64,000 nucleotides of DNA, taken from the NCBI GenBank assembly GCA_044892525.1, contig CM097886.1:131502001-131566000 (forward strand). The letters are read 5' to 3'. Of this stretch, positions 12,120-25,007 are shown one piece after another. Position 1 is the stretch's first letter; each line of letters starts with the position of its first letter. The translations under genes were made by a program, and so were the position numbers. This stretch comes from Schmidtea polychroa (taxonomy: Eukaryota). The notes under the pieces are model-generated. The model was not told the origin of the DNA and did not search any database. It saw nothing but the letters and a program-made list of their open reading frames with translations.

Positions 12120-13338
12120 TTTTAAAGGATCTAATCCATTGGGCACCAGAGATAATTCCATTCAGAATATGGATGTCTACCGGTATAGAATTGAATGTGG
12201 TCTTGTTTGATTACTTGAGAATGTTAGAAGACGATCTTGACCCTGATGACAGTACCTAGCCATCAGTATACCCATGCTATATGTGGTGAATTGTGAGTTT
12301 GTCACGTCTGTGTGCGTTTTTTTTTGCTTTTGACATTGGATTGAGTTGTATGTGCACACAGATTCGATCAGTGTAATATTTTGGAATTTTGTAACTTTTG
12401 AGTTTTTTATTAAATGGAATTGAATTGATTTGTTTTTTAGAATTTTTAATTGCTCGAATTAGTTTTAAAAAGTGGAATTTGGAGTTTTTATCAGGTTGTT
12501 CAAATTTTGGATTTTTATATCAGTTGTTTAAATATTGTGAGTTTCGGTAAAGTTTGAAAATAAAGATTTTTTGTTGATTGGTTCAATAAATTTCAAAATG
12601 GAAAATGATATTATAATTGTTCAACAATATGGATATTAAAAAAGAGTTGAGAAAAGCTCACTTTTCATTATTTGTAGATCATCAATAAATGTTTTGTTAA
12701 TATAATGTCGTGTTTTTTAATTTTTATGTTGTTAGTATTTTTAATATCACACTAATTATTTTATGTTATGGGTTCAATTGTAAATGGAAAACACATGGTT
12801 GCATCAAGTGCAACTGCTGTCCATCGGGACCAAGCAACCGCACTTTGACCATGAAGAACAACTGAATCAATTGTAAATCTATTGTAAATGAAACCTAAAT
12901 ATTAATCAATTAATGAAATTTTAGTAAACTATACTTTTTAGAAATTTAGAAGGAACGTTATGGGTTAAATTGTAAAAATTAAAAGATCTAATTAAAATAA
13001 ATAAAATATATTATATTGATTCAACGGTCGGAGTCGGAGTTGGTACTTTTTTACGAGTCCACACCCTGTTTTAAAGGTTCTATTGGGCACCAGAGATAAT
13101 TCCATTCAGAATATGGATGTCTACCGGTATATATTTTAATGTGGTCTTGTTTGATCACTGGAGGACGTTAGAAAACGATCTTGAACCTGGTGACAGTAGC
13201 AACCCATCATATGCATAAGCAGGAATTATAATATATGGATATTAAGAAAAGAGTTGATAAAAGCTCATTTTTCATTATTTGTAGATCAATAAATGTTTTG
13301 TTATTGTTTTTTAATTTTTATGTTGTTAGTGTTACTTG
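12105..13338 (+). repeat. Local duplication (12105-~12770 vs 13054-13338, continuing at 20490-20530 beyond E3)
   Basis: Shared GAGTCCACACCC...GGGCACCAGAGATAATTCC...ATATCACACTAATTATTTT; the second copy is split by E3, which confirms the E3 boundaries. Confidence 0.8.
12284..12626 (+). mobile_element. 343-bp conventional solo LTR with 5-bp TSD ATATG
   Basis: TGGTGAATTG...TTCAACA flanked by ATATG (12279-12283, 12627-12631); absent from the paralogous unit near 13200-13240. Confidence 0.65.
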
Positions 13339-15394
13339 TGTTGGGCTGATTTCTAGACCCAAACTTCTAATTGTGACTGGAATGCGTAGGTACACAACAT
13401 GCAAAAAGCAAAAAGTATAGTTAAATATTAAAAAAATACACCAAATAAACAATAATAATTAAAAGAGAAACAACAAAAAAAAGGTAAACACAGAAATTAA
13501 ATAAAATTATACAAAAGCAAGAAGTTACGCAAAATCTAACTCAAAAATAACCAAATAAACATAGAGTTACAAAAAACAAACTCGAATAACTTAAAAGATG
13601 GTAAAAACAGCAAAAATTTCCAGAAAAACCCAGAACATTCCATAAAAATGGCGATGACCATCATAAAAGCTACCTTAAACAACAAAATTTAGAAAAATAA
13701 ATAAATTAGTAATAAAAATAAAAAATCTTAAAAAGAAATTCATAAAACATCAATTAAAATAAAAATTAAATTAAAAGTAATATAGAATGTTCTGGAACCG
13801 TTCCAAATCCATCATGGACGTAAAATTAACGAAAAATAATTAAAAAATAAAAACAAAAATTATGGCACAAAAATCGCCATTAAAAATATCAAAATTACAA
13901 AATAGAAAATTCTGGAATAAAAAGAATTCGATTTTGTTTTAATGCATCAATACATACACGTGTACAAAATAGGTATATATACCGACCCATTTTAGTCACA
14001 ATTTAATCTTTTTGTATGCCAAAAATTTTCGCAGCAAATTTAAACAACACCGAAAGTAAGGACTATTGTCTGTATATTTTATAATTGTTATCTTATTATT
14101 CTGTTTTATTATAGTGATTATTATAGTGATTATTATTGAATTATTCTTTTGCCTTTTTATTCTACTATTACGAAATCAGAGTGACCAGCATCGTCGTGGA
14201 CGGGTTATAGTCACGATGCTGATCAGCCTTGTTTCCAACTAATAGTCCACATGCACAAATTCGGGTCTACGACCCTACATGCACTAAAATTTCAATTTTT
14301 TTTTACCGGAGGTCGCCACGAACAAATGGTTTCTAACCAGGAGTAGGGCGGGTAAATCCATCCCGGTAGTTGGTATAGTCACAGGGACTATGCGGACGAA
14401 ATAAAATTTGGGAAAGTAATCGCGGGAAACATAATAAGGCCTATCGTACCGTATTCAGTTGAGTCGGAAAAGTAGGAAAATTTTAATTAATTCGACCTTT
14501 CGGTGAATGACATACCAAAAATAAACACTTAATTATTCTATAGGAAATATATCACTAGGAATATCTAAGCGGGAAATATCCCAGACTCAAATCATCACAA
14601 AGACTCTTGGTAGTCGGCTAATTGCACAAACTATTATTCAGTATGCCCAAAATTAACTACCCTTAATAGACTCTATTAATATTATTCACAATTTTATTCA
14701 ATCATAAATGTAATCTAGTTCACGTTCGATGGTATATTATTATAAACTAAAATCATTTCGTAAAATTTCCATACTTACCTTTATATGTATTGAAATTTAG
14801 CTTATATAAAATCTTTAAAGATTTTTTTTGTGTGTCCTAATAATACTATCATCTTTAGGATCATTATTATTACCATTATTACTTTTCTAAAAATTACATT
14901 AATAAAGTGTATATCATTACCATATCATATATAAGTTTCTTAATATATATTTAACTTACATTATGTTTAGAAAATGATAAATTATAAATTTTCTTAAATG
15001 ACCCGCCCCCGAAATATACATTCATTACCCATTGCACAAATATCCTAAATTAACTTATTTTAATATATATTTGGATTGTAGTGTTGGGCTGAATCGAAAA
15101 TTGGATTTTTTTGAAAAATCGTAAGGAAAGGAAGTAGAATATTAAGGAAAATAAAAATAAATAAACGAAACTAAGAATAAATTAGGATAAGACATAAGGA
15201 AAAAATAATAAGTAAGATATAGGAATAAAAATAACAATAAAAATAGGAAAAAGTAAATAAAACGATAAAATGACGATTAAATAATGCGGAATTTAATAAA
15301 TAATAAGGAAATTAAGGAAAAATAAAAAGAAAATATATTAAAAATAAGGAAAATAACCGAAAAAACAGAAAAAATATATTAAAATTTAAAAATA

Positions 15395-15445
15395 AGCGGT
15401 AATCAATTCTGATTGGTCCGCAGTTATAAGAAGTTACTATATAAG
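15395..15445 (+). promoter_or_regulatory. Putative Pol II promoter of E4 (inverted CCAAT plus TATA)
   Basis: AAGCGGTAATCAATTCTGATTGGTC then TATATAAG 22 nt later; same sequence and spacing at ~35982-36033 in E6. Confidence 0.6.
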
Positions 15446-15901
15446 CAGGCATCAAATTCAGAAAATTTAGTGTTAATCTAAAAACTATACAGGTAAATAA
15501 AACTGCAATATTACTGAGTGTTAATCTAAAAACTTTACAGGTACCCGACGATAGTGGACTAAAATTAACCCAAGCTTGACAGACGACTAACAGTGAGAAA
15601 ACTTAACTAAACAACGACCGAATTTCAGATCAGTGAGCCAATTCAAAACCGACGATTTCTATTTTTCGATTCAGTCTAATTAGATAACTCAACAGTAAGG
15701 AGATTCTATTTTGGTTTTAATTATATTACGAATAATGGTATTCATGAATATATAATTTAAATTTTAAAGTTAATCTCCTTCATTTGATCCGTAATTTTGG
15801 TTAAATGTTTATAGGTATTTTATTCATAATAAATGATTTACGATAGAGTTTTTATGATGCTATTTTATTATTATTATTTTTGCTTACATGATTGTAACAT
15901 C

Positions 15902-16050
15902 TATGAGTAACGTGGTGTTGAGACACTCCGTGTCATGATATGAGGTGCCTTCGGGAGCTTTGCCGGTGGACTTGGAGTGCTTCAATCACGCAGTTGGATT
16001 GGGCCAGAATTTGAAGGCTTCTTCACGGGTCCAATCGCTGAAGGACTTAA
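15902..16050 (+). pseudogene. RWTWS-exon family (copy at 36445-36600)
   Basis: NVVLRH..CHDMRCLRELCRWTWSASITQL vs NVALRYPCHGVRCPRELSRWTWSFSITQL; several differences are synonymous in this frame. Confidence 0.5.
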
Positions 16051-17329
16051 AATTAAATCGAGATAGTGGAAAGCAAGCAGGAGTTTCTAAATTCGAGAAA
16101 GAAGAAAGTATGCGCTTCACAATGTCTGAGCATGTCAAAGAAATCTTCGTTTCCATAATGACTTCATAACCTTCGTCTCCGAATGATATAATGACATCGT
16201 CCATCTGTATCTTATAAAGGCCACTATTAGAATCTTTCCTAGTTTCGTAATTCGTTTTTGAATTTAACAACAAATTCGGCTTTAAAATAATTGATTTTAA
16301 CGGTAGAACCATCACAATAAGAATTTAACCTCACCAAAAGTTTAACGGATAACAAACGATATATTTACAAATTTCATATACAGAAAATTAATTTCGAACC
16401 ATCTGCAGATGAACCGGCTTAAGGGTTTCTTCGGTTACCGTCCGAACTAAGCATCATCGGCCAGCCAAGAATGGTAGAGACATCTAACTGACTTTAATAA
16501 ATTCCAACTAGAGCGAGAGGTTGTTTTCAATTTTCCATGATTGGGTAGACATGTGCAGAAATCCAGTTTAAAATTCCAAATCAAAATTTTCTACGAGACA
16601 AATACACGCACGATGTACAACGAACTAGATAACAATTCTAGTGAAAAATTCCATATGGGGATGAGCAACAATGATAACGCTGATTAGAGAAGCGTAGTCC
16701 GGTGAGAGATTTTCAGATGTCACCCTCGTTTAATCAATTTACTGCAACACCGAGGGGTATCAGTTGAGTCAGCTATGTCCGATCTCGACTACAGTTTTCG
16801 TCCAGTAGATAATGAGTAGTTACCAGCAGGTAGATAACAATCATCAAACTAATATTAATCATAGATAATCTCTGGTGGGTAATTACACATGTAGATGTAG
16901 AGATAATTACGAACCTACCGAAGTTATATTTGGGATCAAAAATTAAATATACTGAATAAGTTTTGTTGTAAAATCAAATAATTCGTTTTCCATATAATGA
17001 TTATGAGAATAGTAACTGCGTTTTGTCAAGGGTAGCCTAACTTTAGTTTTAGAGAATGAAAATTTATAAATAATTATATATAAACATTTAATTTGGTTGT
17101 TTTCAACACTACGGCATTGTTTTGGCAGATAAAGATTTATTTTACCAATTTGATTTTCTTGTAAATGATCCAGTCAGCTAGGGTGAATACTGATTCATCT
17201 TGTCATTCAATTCGGTTGATTTTCTTTTGTTGTAATGAAATCTGGTACTACCAATAATCGGGGTAGTGAAATAATGATTTAACGAATTTAGTTCATCTCT
17301 CTTATGCCGTTTTCTTTTTCTTTTATAGA

Positions 17330-17484
17330 TATCCGAGGTGATTCCAAATACAAGATCCATACCTAAACCTTGCTTGTCCTGCTCCGATAAGAACGTAGTG
17401 ATCAAGGATCTTCAAGCGCAGATAGGGCGCTATAAGAAAAGGATAGATGAGCTGGAGGGTACCTGGTTTACCCCACTCAAATGA
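17330..17484 (+). pseudogene. EGTWF-family N-terminal fragment
   Basis: PKPCLSCSDKNVVIKDLQAQIGRYKKRIDELEGTWFTP. Confidence 0.8.
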
Positions 17485-18798
17485 CCCTACCCTCCAATAA
17501 AATTTCAGGAAACTACTGAAATCTATTTTTAGTAACAACCCCCCGGAAAACGACGTTATGATCAATAATTTAAATTTAAGTTATGTATTTATATTTGGAC
17601 ATGCGTATATGTCCGTGTGTGCACATGTGTCTGCCCATGTTAATAACAGCCTCATTGAGACATAGTTGTCTCCCAGATCATCGGAGGATGAAACACTCTA
17701 GTTCATTTATCTACCCAAGAAAAATAAAATTATGCCGAAGTTACCTTAGAAAACTGAATTATTTGCTTAGGATTATTTAAAAATTAAAAACTCAAAAGTT
17801 GAGCTGAATTTATTAACCAAAATAACAAAGTGAAATGGAAAACGACATAGATAAATAGAAATACAAATTTGAATCACATCGGAGGCTCGCTTCGTGAGAA
17901 TTATCTGACCAATTACTCCCATCACTGTAAGTTCACGAGAACAACTGAAAAATCTCTGAATATCCTCGAGTGTAAATAGTGAACTTAAAATTCCAGGGTG
18001 TAGACCCGAAATCTGAAATAATTATCAATTCCCAGCTAAACACCTCACGAATTGAGTGTGTCGGCATATTTTGGCAGTAGTATCTCGAATCCAGTATTTA
18101 CGATGTCATGTTTAAAGTGAAGCATTGGGAGACCCGTCCCTGAAACCAGACGAATTAAAAATCAAAATTTAACTTACCCGTCAAGCATCAGTTGAAGAGA
18201 GAGCCACTTACAACCACTATGGTCAGGGACTCGCAAAGAGCTGAATATAAATTCAGACAATTTACAATACCCGCTTCCCATAGTGGATCCTAGTAGCACG
18301 ATTTTTGTCGAAATTATCGACAGAGAATTTTTGAAAAGTTAATTTATGAAAACGAATATTTAAATTAATATAAATGGAAACTAATATTTAAATTAATATA
18401 ACTTAGTATAAACTAATAAAATAAATCTTTAAACGATTTAAACAATCGGTATTGGAAGTTTAATTTATAAAAGTTAAATCACCCATTCTTACTGTACCAA
18501 CTATTCATTCATCTGACTTAAAGTTATTGATTCCCAGGTTAAACCTACGAACTGCAATTTCGTAACTGGTACGTAAAACCTTGGATTTCGTAATTCTCAA
18601 GCCAACTTAAATTAAATTGAAAAAGAAATCGAAAGGGGAGATTAATTAGCACTTTAGGTCCATTTTCTCTACCTAAAATATCGTTGAAATGCGGATCGCG
18701 TTGATCTTAAAGGTAACGTTATATTAAACGTCTTGGAGTAACCGAACGTAAATGGAAGAACAAGGATTCGTTTTAATATCTCTTTTATCATTGCAGCC

Positions 18799-19287
18799 AT
18801 GCCCAACACTGAGCCAAGGAAAGTACAAGAAGGTCACTCGTCAACCGATTGGAGCCTCGGAAGTATCGACGAGGAGGCAGACGAAGCCGTCCGATTGAGG
18901 GAGGAAGCAGAAATCGCCCGGCTAAGGTCTAGATGGATCTGGTATAAGATTCATGATTGGACCTACCAGAATGTGGTCCCGGTGTAGCCGTATATCAACT
19001 ATACTTCATTGGCTTTGAGCGACGCATTCGACGATGTGAAGGAGGCGGTGGACCGGTTGCATCGGCTCGAAATATCAGTCCTGGCCGGCGAGCTGGAAGA
19101 CGTCGACGCCTACGCCCGAGCCCAATGCCATCCAAAGCGGACCGCAGCTCTTCGCAGTGGGCTGAAATACCCAAGAAGTCCTCGACGGAGACAGGAACAG
19201 CTGAGAAAACGCGGACGGCCACGAAAAACCGCCAGCTCAGCCAAGGAGATTACCGAACTGAAAACTAGCGCTGCACGACACACCTAA
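18799..19287 (+). pseudogene. AT-hook-family protein with one in-frame stop
   Basis: ORFs 18799-18987 and 19009-19287 share a frame; RSRWIWYKIHDW...LRKRGRPRK. Confidence 0.75.
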
Positions 19288-19712
19288 CATCTGTATTGTG
19301 ACTAAAGTCTTGTGATAAAAATAATTATCATGTAATGACTCGGTTATTAATGTACCTTGCGATATTGTGTACTGGGTTAGATAACTTTGACCCAGAGTTA
19401 AAATAATATTCGTTATGTCTTAGTAGTTTGTATTAATTTAAATGCTTGGTTGAGTTTTGGTTGTCGATATTAATTTAATTGTGTGTATTGCTTGATTCTT
19501 GGTAATGTTCTTAGCATTGACTATTACTATTATCGACTACAATTTTCCGTAACATTGACAGCCCGATAGGGTTTGGTAATATTCATAGAACTCGGTTTGG
19601 GTGCGCGTAGAGGAGGGCTGCGACGAGGAGATTACATTCATTTAGTATTGATGGTCATAATAACGCTCGACACTCGATGCTGATGTGAAACTCACTAATG
19701 TTATCTTGTTTT

Positions 19713-20175
19713 AGTGCTAAAACTCCTGGAAGAGATGCGAGCAGATAGAGAGTGGGCGCAACAACAGGCAGAGGAATACCGGGCCAAGCTAACATGAGTC
19801 AAGGCCCATTGTCGGAACTTCGAATGTACCTGGTTTCCGCCAGCAGAGATTAAAAAACCGATGAAGCTGATCACTCAACTGCAACTCCAGAGTGCACAGG
19901 ATCAGGTTGAGTTACGGGCCCTCGGCCTGAGAGTGAAGGAGCTGGAGATCAAGGTACACCAACATGACCTTGATCGGGAGGTCATTTCCAAGATCCGACC
20001 CATGAGTGAGCTGCTCCACAAACCGAAAGAAAGCACCCCACCAATAATTCGGAGGAAGAAGATCCGGCCGGGTAAAGCGGCGCGGGCGAGAATAAGACAA
20101 GCCAGCCAGGCCCAATTAACGCTCCATTCTGCTGGGTCAGAGTCTACTCCAAAAGAATCGACTAGGACATTATAA
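19713..20175 (+). pseudogene. Divergent EGTWF-family exon
   Basis: After a TTTTAG acceptor: LKLLEEMRADRE...*...FECTWFPPAEIKK...VHQHDLDREVISKIRPM; homologous to 34600-34975 (-). Confidence 0.65.
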
Positions 20176-20544
20176 GTTGATCATGTTTTCCAAATAAATT
20201 TTTACTAGTACATCCATGTCTGGCATTTTGATTTTCTCATAACGTTGATTGTTACCACGGGGATGAAAAGAAACCGGACATAGGCTTTCTATCGGCAGTC
20301 CGTGAACCCCAGTGGGTACTAGACAACTATAGTATGTTAAGCATGCTCACTTTTTGCTAGTGCCCAAACCCTTGATACAGTAACAACGTTGATTGCTCAA
20401 CGGGTATCAAGTGGTCAGCTATAAATTATATTCTGGGTTACGCTGGAAACAGCATGAGGTAAAGATTTTGCAGTACCTGTAACCCACCACTTGTTACAGT
20501 ATTATTAATATCACACTAATTATTTTAGTACACGCTATAATTAA

Positions 20545-22442
20545 CCCTCCAGAGGGCGCGTTGGGTCTCACAGACCCATACGATCTTTTTTTGTGTAAAA
20601 AAATTTTTTGTGGCGTAGCATCAGAACATTCTGTAGCTGATTCATTTCAGCTTTACTTTAATTTCGGCCAAAATCATTAATACATGGCAACCGTTTATAA
20701 GAGATATTGTAATCTGGGTCTGTCGGACCCAATGCGCGCATTTTTGTTCTAAATGTGTATAGCTATCCCTTGAGATTATTTACCTCTCATCTGTTCATTA
20801 TCATTAGAACTCGCGCTCACAACATTATTACGGAACCAACTGGCGTGAAGGGCTCTGCCAAACATGCTAAATCTCCAAAGGATTGTTGGAGCTGTATTTT
20901 TGATGAAAGTATCATGAATATTTTAGAGGAATGCACGAATATATATAAATAAAAATAAGGCAAGCTGTTCAAGAGATAGAGATACAAAAAACACTTCAAA
21001 AGAAGAAGTGTCCGCTTTGATTGGACTACTTTACCTCGCTGCGGTACACAAGAGTGGAAGACAAAATTTGGAAGATCTGTGGGAGCAAGATGGAACAGGT
21101 GTTGATATATTTCATAATACTATGTCATTACGACGATTCAAATTCCTTCTCCAGTGCATCAGGTTCGACGACAAAACGACAAGAAGTGAAAAGCTGAAGA
21201 GTGACAAACTAGCCCCAATCAGAGAGATATTTCAAATATTTGTAAATAACTGTCAGAATTCTTATTCTATTTCCGAATATGCCACCGTTGATGAAACGTT
21301 AGCTGGTTTTCGAGGACGATGCAGTTTTCGACAATATATTCCATCTAAACCTGATAAATATGGGATCAAGCTTTTTGCTTTAGTGGATGCGCAACCGGAA
21401 CGCAACCGGATGGACCCTATAAAGTTAGTAATAGTCCTGGTGATGTTGTTGAACGGGTGTGCAGTAGTATACTCGGAACAGGGAGAAACATAACCTTGGA
21501 TAACTGGTTTACTAGCTATGATTTATCTAAAAGAACAATTGTTGGCACTTTGAGGAAGAACAAAAGACAAATTCCTCCTGAATTCCTGAACCTTCGAGGC
21601 AGAGAAAAAAAACAAGTTTGTTTGGCTTTGAGGATAACTGCCCTTTAGTCTCTTATATTCCTAAAAAGAAGAATGTTTTGGTACTTTCTACACTTCACAA
21701 TAATGACAAGATTGACGAGGAGACAGGAGACGCTCGTAAGCCAGAAATAATAACTTTCTACAACGATACAAAAGGAGGAGTGGGCACTGTAGATCAAATG
21801 TCATCCCTTTACAATTGTGCTAGAAACACCAGACGATGGCCGGTGGTCATATTTTATCGCTTACTAAACATCGCAGGTGTCAATGGGTTTATTATTTATT
21901 GCAAAAATGGAAATAAACCAATGCAAAGACGAACATTTCTGAAGAAATTGTGTCTAGAATTAGTTGACGATCACGTCAAGAAAAGATCCAGTATCGTAAC
22001 CTTGCCAAAGCAACTGCGACAGAAATTGTCCAAAGTAAAAACACAGAAGTACAAAATGAGGCCCCCTCAGTTGGCAAACGAGGGCGCTGTCATAAATGCC
22101 AGGGTAGAGACAGAAAGACTAAATACTTCTGTACCACGTGCCACAAGTATTTGTGTTTAAAACACGCTAAATTTATTTGCGAACAGTGTCTTTCTGATGA
22201 TCAATAGCTTGCTTCACAGTATGCAGTTTCTTTTGTGCAATGACTAATTCTTTCCTATGTTTTTTCATAAATTGTTGAATATTTTGAATGTAAAAGCGTG
22301 TTTATAAAGTAATAAATCTTTTAAAATTTAATATTGCTCTATTTTGCCAATCAATAAGTCTATAAATCATGAGAAAACAATATTGGGTCTGTGAGACCCA
22401 ACGCGCGCATCCATGTAATTTTTTAGCGCGCGCTCTGCAGGG
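20545..22442 (+). mobile_element. piggyBac element with both ends, deleted and non-autonomous
   Basis: TTAA at 20541-20544 and 22443-22446; terminal IR CCCT(C/G)CAGAG(G/C)GCGCG; perfect 22-bp subterminal IR CGCGTTGGGTCTCACAGACCCA with asymmetric spacers. Confidence 0.95.
20780..22205 (+). pseudogene. piggyBac (PGBD4-like) transposase with frameshifts
   Basis: TVDETLAGFRGRCSFRQYIPSKPDKYGIK, ITLDNWFTS, YNDTKGGVGTVDQM, RRWPVVIFY, and a C-terminal Cys-rich domain. Confidence 0.95.
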
Positions 22443-22699
22443 TTAAAGAATTAACGAAGTATATTGACATAAATGTTATAATATAAATGAAAATTGATGA
22501 CGTAATCGACGATCTGCGTAAATGTTAAAATATTACGCAATCGAAAACTAAAGCAAAAAAAAAGTAGGGGGTACCTAGATCTGGAGTGCACAATACCACA
22601 TACTATTGATTGCGATGAGATAATTATAAAGTTTGCAAAAAGAAAAGCAAGAAAAAACATTATTTAAACATTGTCATAATTAAGAAATATTTATTATAT

Positions 22700-22886
22700 T
22701 GTTGGGCTAAACTTCGAGTGTCGAAAAATCGGGCTAAGAACGAATAAATAGGATAAAACAAATTTTCAATAAAATCGCGAGAAATATAAGAATAACTAAA
22801 TCAGATAACAATAAAAGAAATAAGAATATAAAAGAAATAAGAATATAAAAGAAATAAGAATATAAAAGAAATAAAAATAACTAATA
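22700..22886 (+). repeat. Direct repeat of 25938-26103
   Basis: Identical apart from the copy number of an internal 17-bp AAAAGAAATAAGAATAT unit. Confidence 0.95.
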
Positions 22887-23042
22887 TTATATAATAGTGT
22901 AGAAAAACCCCAAATCTACTAAAGGTAAACTTAAGCGTAAAACTCCTAAAACAACTCCTATAACGAATTGTAAAAATAAATAAATAATAAAACAGATATA
23001 AGCGTACAACGTTGAGTTAATGATATCGTTATTCAGACAAAG

Positions 23043-24069
23043 ATGACTCAAGATCAAACGGAAGCCCCAAATAACGAAATAAACATCAGTAGAATACATA
23101 GAGAAAGATGGGCCAAAGTGATGACACAATTATCAAATCAAACACGAAATTACCTCGAAGAAGCGAGAGAATGGGAAAACCACCAGTTCCAGTGGTTAGT
23201 ACAGAATTTACGGGCGGAGGCGGAGGCCGAGGCCTGCAAAAGAGCCGCCAAATGGTCGGCATTAGAAAGTACCAGGCAAGAGGCACACGGGCATTACCTG
23301 AAGCAGCTGGTACAGGAGTCAAGAAAAAGACTAACGGATGAGAATAAGAAGCGGGAAATAGAAAAACAAAAGGAGGAAAGAAAGACCCGCCAACTATTAG
23401 CAGAAGCCAGAAAGTGGAAAAAACAACATCGACAAATCCAAAAAGAGATGAGAGAATTGCCGCAGAGATTGGAACACGAGAGTGATCAAGGGAAATGGGA
23501 AGAAAACCTGGATCAGAAAGAAGAGCTAAGAAGGCTCCGGAAAGTAGCAGCTAGAAGTCAAACCTGGCAGACCAAGGCCATGGAATTTGAAAGGCATCTG
23601 GCCATGAAACTGTCTATAAAGGAACAGGAGAATGATCCTGCAACAGTCAGGTAGAATCGTCGAACTCGTAAATAAGGTGGCAGACCTTGAAAGAGACAAT
23701 AACGGCTATAAGGGGGCACTAGAACAGAGGAATATAGTGCTAGCCGGTAAGAACAAGAAGTTGGAGAACGAGAGAAAGATGTATGACGAAAATATCAAGA
23801 ACCTCGAAAAGGAGATCAAAAAATGGGAAAACGGCGAAAAAGCGGAAGAGTTAGAAAAACAGATCGAGGTAAGGGACGACGAAACCAGGTATCTAACATA
23901 CCTGTTGGACGAGGAACTCAATGTGTCAAGAGCGCTAAGAGACGAAGTTCAGGAGCTCAGAGCGCAGATTCCCCGCTACTACATCCCATTCGATCCCATC
24001 GCAATCCAACTACAAACGTCAATAGAAAGCGATGAAGGGTATGTAGGTCAGGAAGAGACCTTTGTATAA
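23043..24069 (+). CDS. Uncharacterised coiled-coil protein, probably one gene split by a frameshift (23043-23654 and 23632-24069)
   Basis: E/K/R/Q-rich helical sequence with spaced Trp; the two ORFs overlap by 23 nt. Confidence 0.6.
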
Positions 24070-24243
24070 AGATAAATAGAAAAGATAAAAAATATAAAAA
24101 TCGGGACCTGTATCCCAACAAAAAAATTAATAGTACGATAAAAATATTTACGGGACTGTAACCCCAATTATATAATTACATATAGATGTATACGTATAAG
24201 CCGCACTATAGCGCAATTATTAATTATGTATATATTATAGAAA

Positions 24244-24963
24244 ATGAACACTGAAAACGGACGACCTATCATAACATCTATAATCGAGCTAGAAGAGGGA
24301 GAAATTGAAGTAGAAGTGGAGAGGAAGAAAACTATCAAGGAAGAATTACAAGAGGAGAGACAAGAAAACGAAAGATTAGTGGAAAGATGGAGAGATAATC
24401 GAAAAATGATTAAAGTATTGAAAAAAGAATATACCTTGTTAGAAGAAGTAAAGAAAGAGGTAGAGGAGGAAAATGAATGGCTTCACGATCAAAGAAAACG
24501 AGGGAGAAATTGGGAGAAGATCGCGGAAGAATTATGGCAGGAAAGAGCCAGTCTCAAGGCAAACGAAGTGATCGAAGATTACTGGAAGATGGAAGCGAGG
24601 AAACGACAGGAAACTATCAGGGAACTAGAACACCAACTGGAAGTAAAAGTACAGGAAAACGCAGAAATGGAAAAATGGAACAATAAATATCGAGAAATAG
24701 AAACAAAACGGCAGAAACAAAACTCAAAGACAAACGACCCAGAGGAAAATGATTTCCTACAATTGGAACTGGAACGGAACCTGAAAGAAAAGAAGAAGGA
24801 GATAAAAGCCTTGAAAAGAGAGATAAGACACTTGACAGACAAGGTCCAGGAGAAAGAGAGACAACTAGAAATGTTGCCGGAACCCCGACATAGAGTCATT
24901 AAAGCGGAGTCTAAATTAATGCGAATCCGAGAGAAAAACCCAAAAAAGAAACGACAAAATTAA
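24244..24963 (+). CDS. Uncharacterised coiled-coil protein, 239 aa, intact
   Basis: ATG start, heptad-rich, basic C-terminus, TATA-like intergenic region upstream. Confidence 0.7.
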   Translation: MNTENGRPIITSIIELEEGEIEVEVERKKTIKEELQEERQENERLVERWRDNRKMIKVLKKEYTLLEEVKKEVEEENEWLHDQRKRGRNWEKIAEELWQERASLKANEVIEDYWKMEARKRQETIRELEHQLEVKVQENAEMEKWNNKYREIETKRQKQNSKTNDPEENDFLQLELERNLKEKKKEIKALKREIRHLTDKVQEKERQLEMLPEPRHRVIKAESKLMRIREKNPKKKRQN

Positions 24964-25007
24964 AACCGACAAAAAGCGATGTATATAAATGTGTATAAAA
25001 TTACTAA

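Larger units (their letters stand above)
15082..17484 (+). mobile_element. E4: 3'-truncated family member nested in E3, E6-like
   Basis: TGTTGGGCTGAATCG start; head, promoter and 15900 exon colinear with E6; breaks inside the EGTWF gene; no right end or TSD found. Confidence 0.7.
13339..20489 (+). mobile_element. E3: giant TG...CA element (~4.7 kb without nested E4) with CTTG TSD
   Basis: TGTTGGGCTG start, CCCACCA end, CTTG at 13335-13338 and 20490-20493; carries AT-hook and EGTWF genes in tandem and the 3' hairpin motif. Confidence 0.8.

Noticed and set aside
14186-14221. 9-bp hairpin CAGCATCGT/ACGATGCTG in E3
   Set aside because: Single occurrence with no homologue in the window to test conservation.
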